Of a stretch of 64,000 bases of DNA, positions 63,356 to 64,000 are shown one piece after another; the first letter of the stretch is position 1; each line of letters opens with the position of its first letter. The stretch is from Azolla caroliniana (Eukaryota > Plantae > Polypodiophyta), in assembly GCA_043228905.1 (NCBI GenBank), contig JBHGNT010000008.1, forward strand, positions 1,302,001-1,366,000, read 5' to 3'. The position numbers and the translations under genes are program-made. The notes beneath the pieces are model-generated. The model was given only the letters and a program-made list of their open reading frames with translations, did not search any database and had not been told where the DNA came from.

Positions 63356-64000
63356 CATTGTGGGTCTATGCCTTCTATGTGGAGGGCAATTAGTAACACA
63401 AGCTTCGGCTGATGATTCTTTCATGTTTCTACAAGCCTCACGAGAGAATCTTGAGAAGGGGATGCTTGTATGGAACCAATTTGCATTGGCTTCCGGTTTA
63501 CATATTAATTGGAGGAATTCTAGTCTCATATCATGTACGGAAAGGGATTTGGATTGTTTAGGATGGCAAGGATCCGTGGTGAAGAAAGGCTCTATTTTTC
63601 GACACTTGGGCTATCCATCAGGAATGAATGTTACAAATGGTTAATTGATTGAATAGATGTCTAGTATGTTGAGAGATAAGTTCATGTATTGGACGTCACA
63701 ATCTTGACTATTTCATGTACGCATGAAGGTTGTGCAATGTATTTTGAAACCCATGATATTATATTACTTGTCATTATTGCCATGGACAAAGAAGGCTTTG
63801 CATTCTGTTTTGCAACCTCTTCGATATTTGTTTTGGAAGAAGAGGGATAAGATGGGAATCACATGGGTTGCATGGAATCATCTAGCAATCCCTAAGCGTT
63901 TGGGGGGAGTTGGAATATTGAACTTATCTATACATATGATGGCTCATAGATTTTCATTAACACGTTCGCATTCACAAGTGGAAGGATTGTGCATAAATGG

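Larger units (their letters stand above)
52996..64000 (+). mobile_element. Decayed L1-type LINE (ORF1 and ORF2), interrupted twice, continuing past the window end
   Basis: ORF1 Zn knuckle CFGCGEWG|HFMAE is split by the 53705 insertion. ORF2 endonuclease starts MKAVTWNVRG (57043); RT LEKAYDHVNW and QGCPLSPLLF, resuming GDIV|GL...ADDS after 63355. Confidence 0.88.

Overview
Land-plant nuclear DNA, probably a non-seed plant such as a fern or lycophyte (inferred only from the LTR lineages present). A ~16-kb gene island carries two minus-strand, intron-rich genes: an NTPCR/THEP1-type P-loop NTPase (~29.8-31.8 kb) and a UPF0052/YvcK-CofD family MEE18-like gene (34.2-44.0 kb). It is flanked by nested retrotransposon blocks. 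Left: a decayed Copia carrying two Gypsy-type solo LTRs and a full Gypsy, then a young Tnt1/Tork-like Copia carrying a second near-intact Gypsy. Both Gypsies use a tRNA-Trp PBS, have 4-bp TSDs and share a putative -1 frameshift/pseudoknot signal downstream of the protease region. Right: a decayed Copia, and a LINE interrupted by a non-coding LTR element and by a chimeric Copia. Most unusual items: (i) the 2.7-kb non-autonomous LTR element with an apparently self-priming (Tf1/Tcn1-type) PBS and an internal array of stem-loop repeats; (ii) CpG-centred 4-bp target sites for four Gypsy-type insertions, all inside Copia coding DNA; (iii) a Pack-MULE carrying a PB1-domain fragment in an intron. No rRNA, tRNA or CRISPR loci were seen. 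Everything was read by eye, so counts of differences are approximate.
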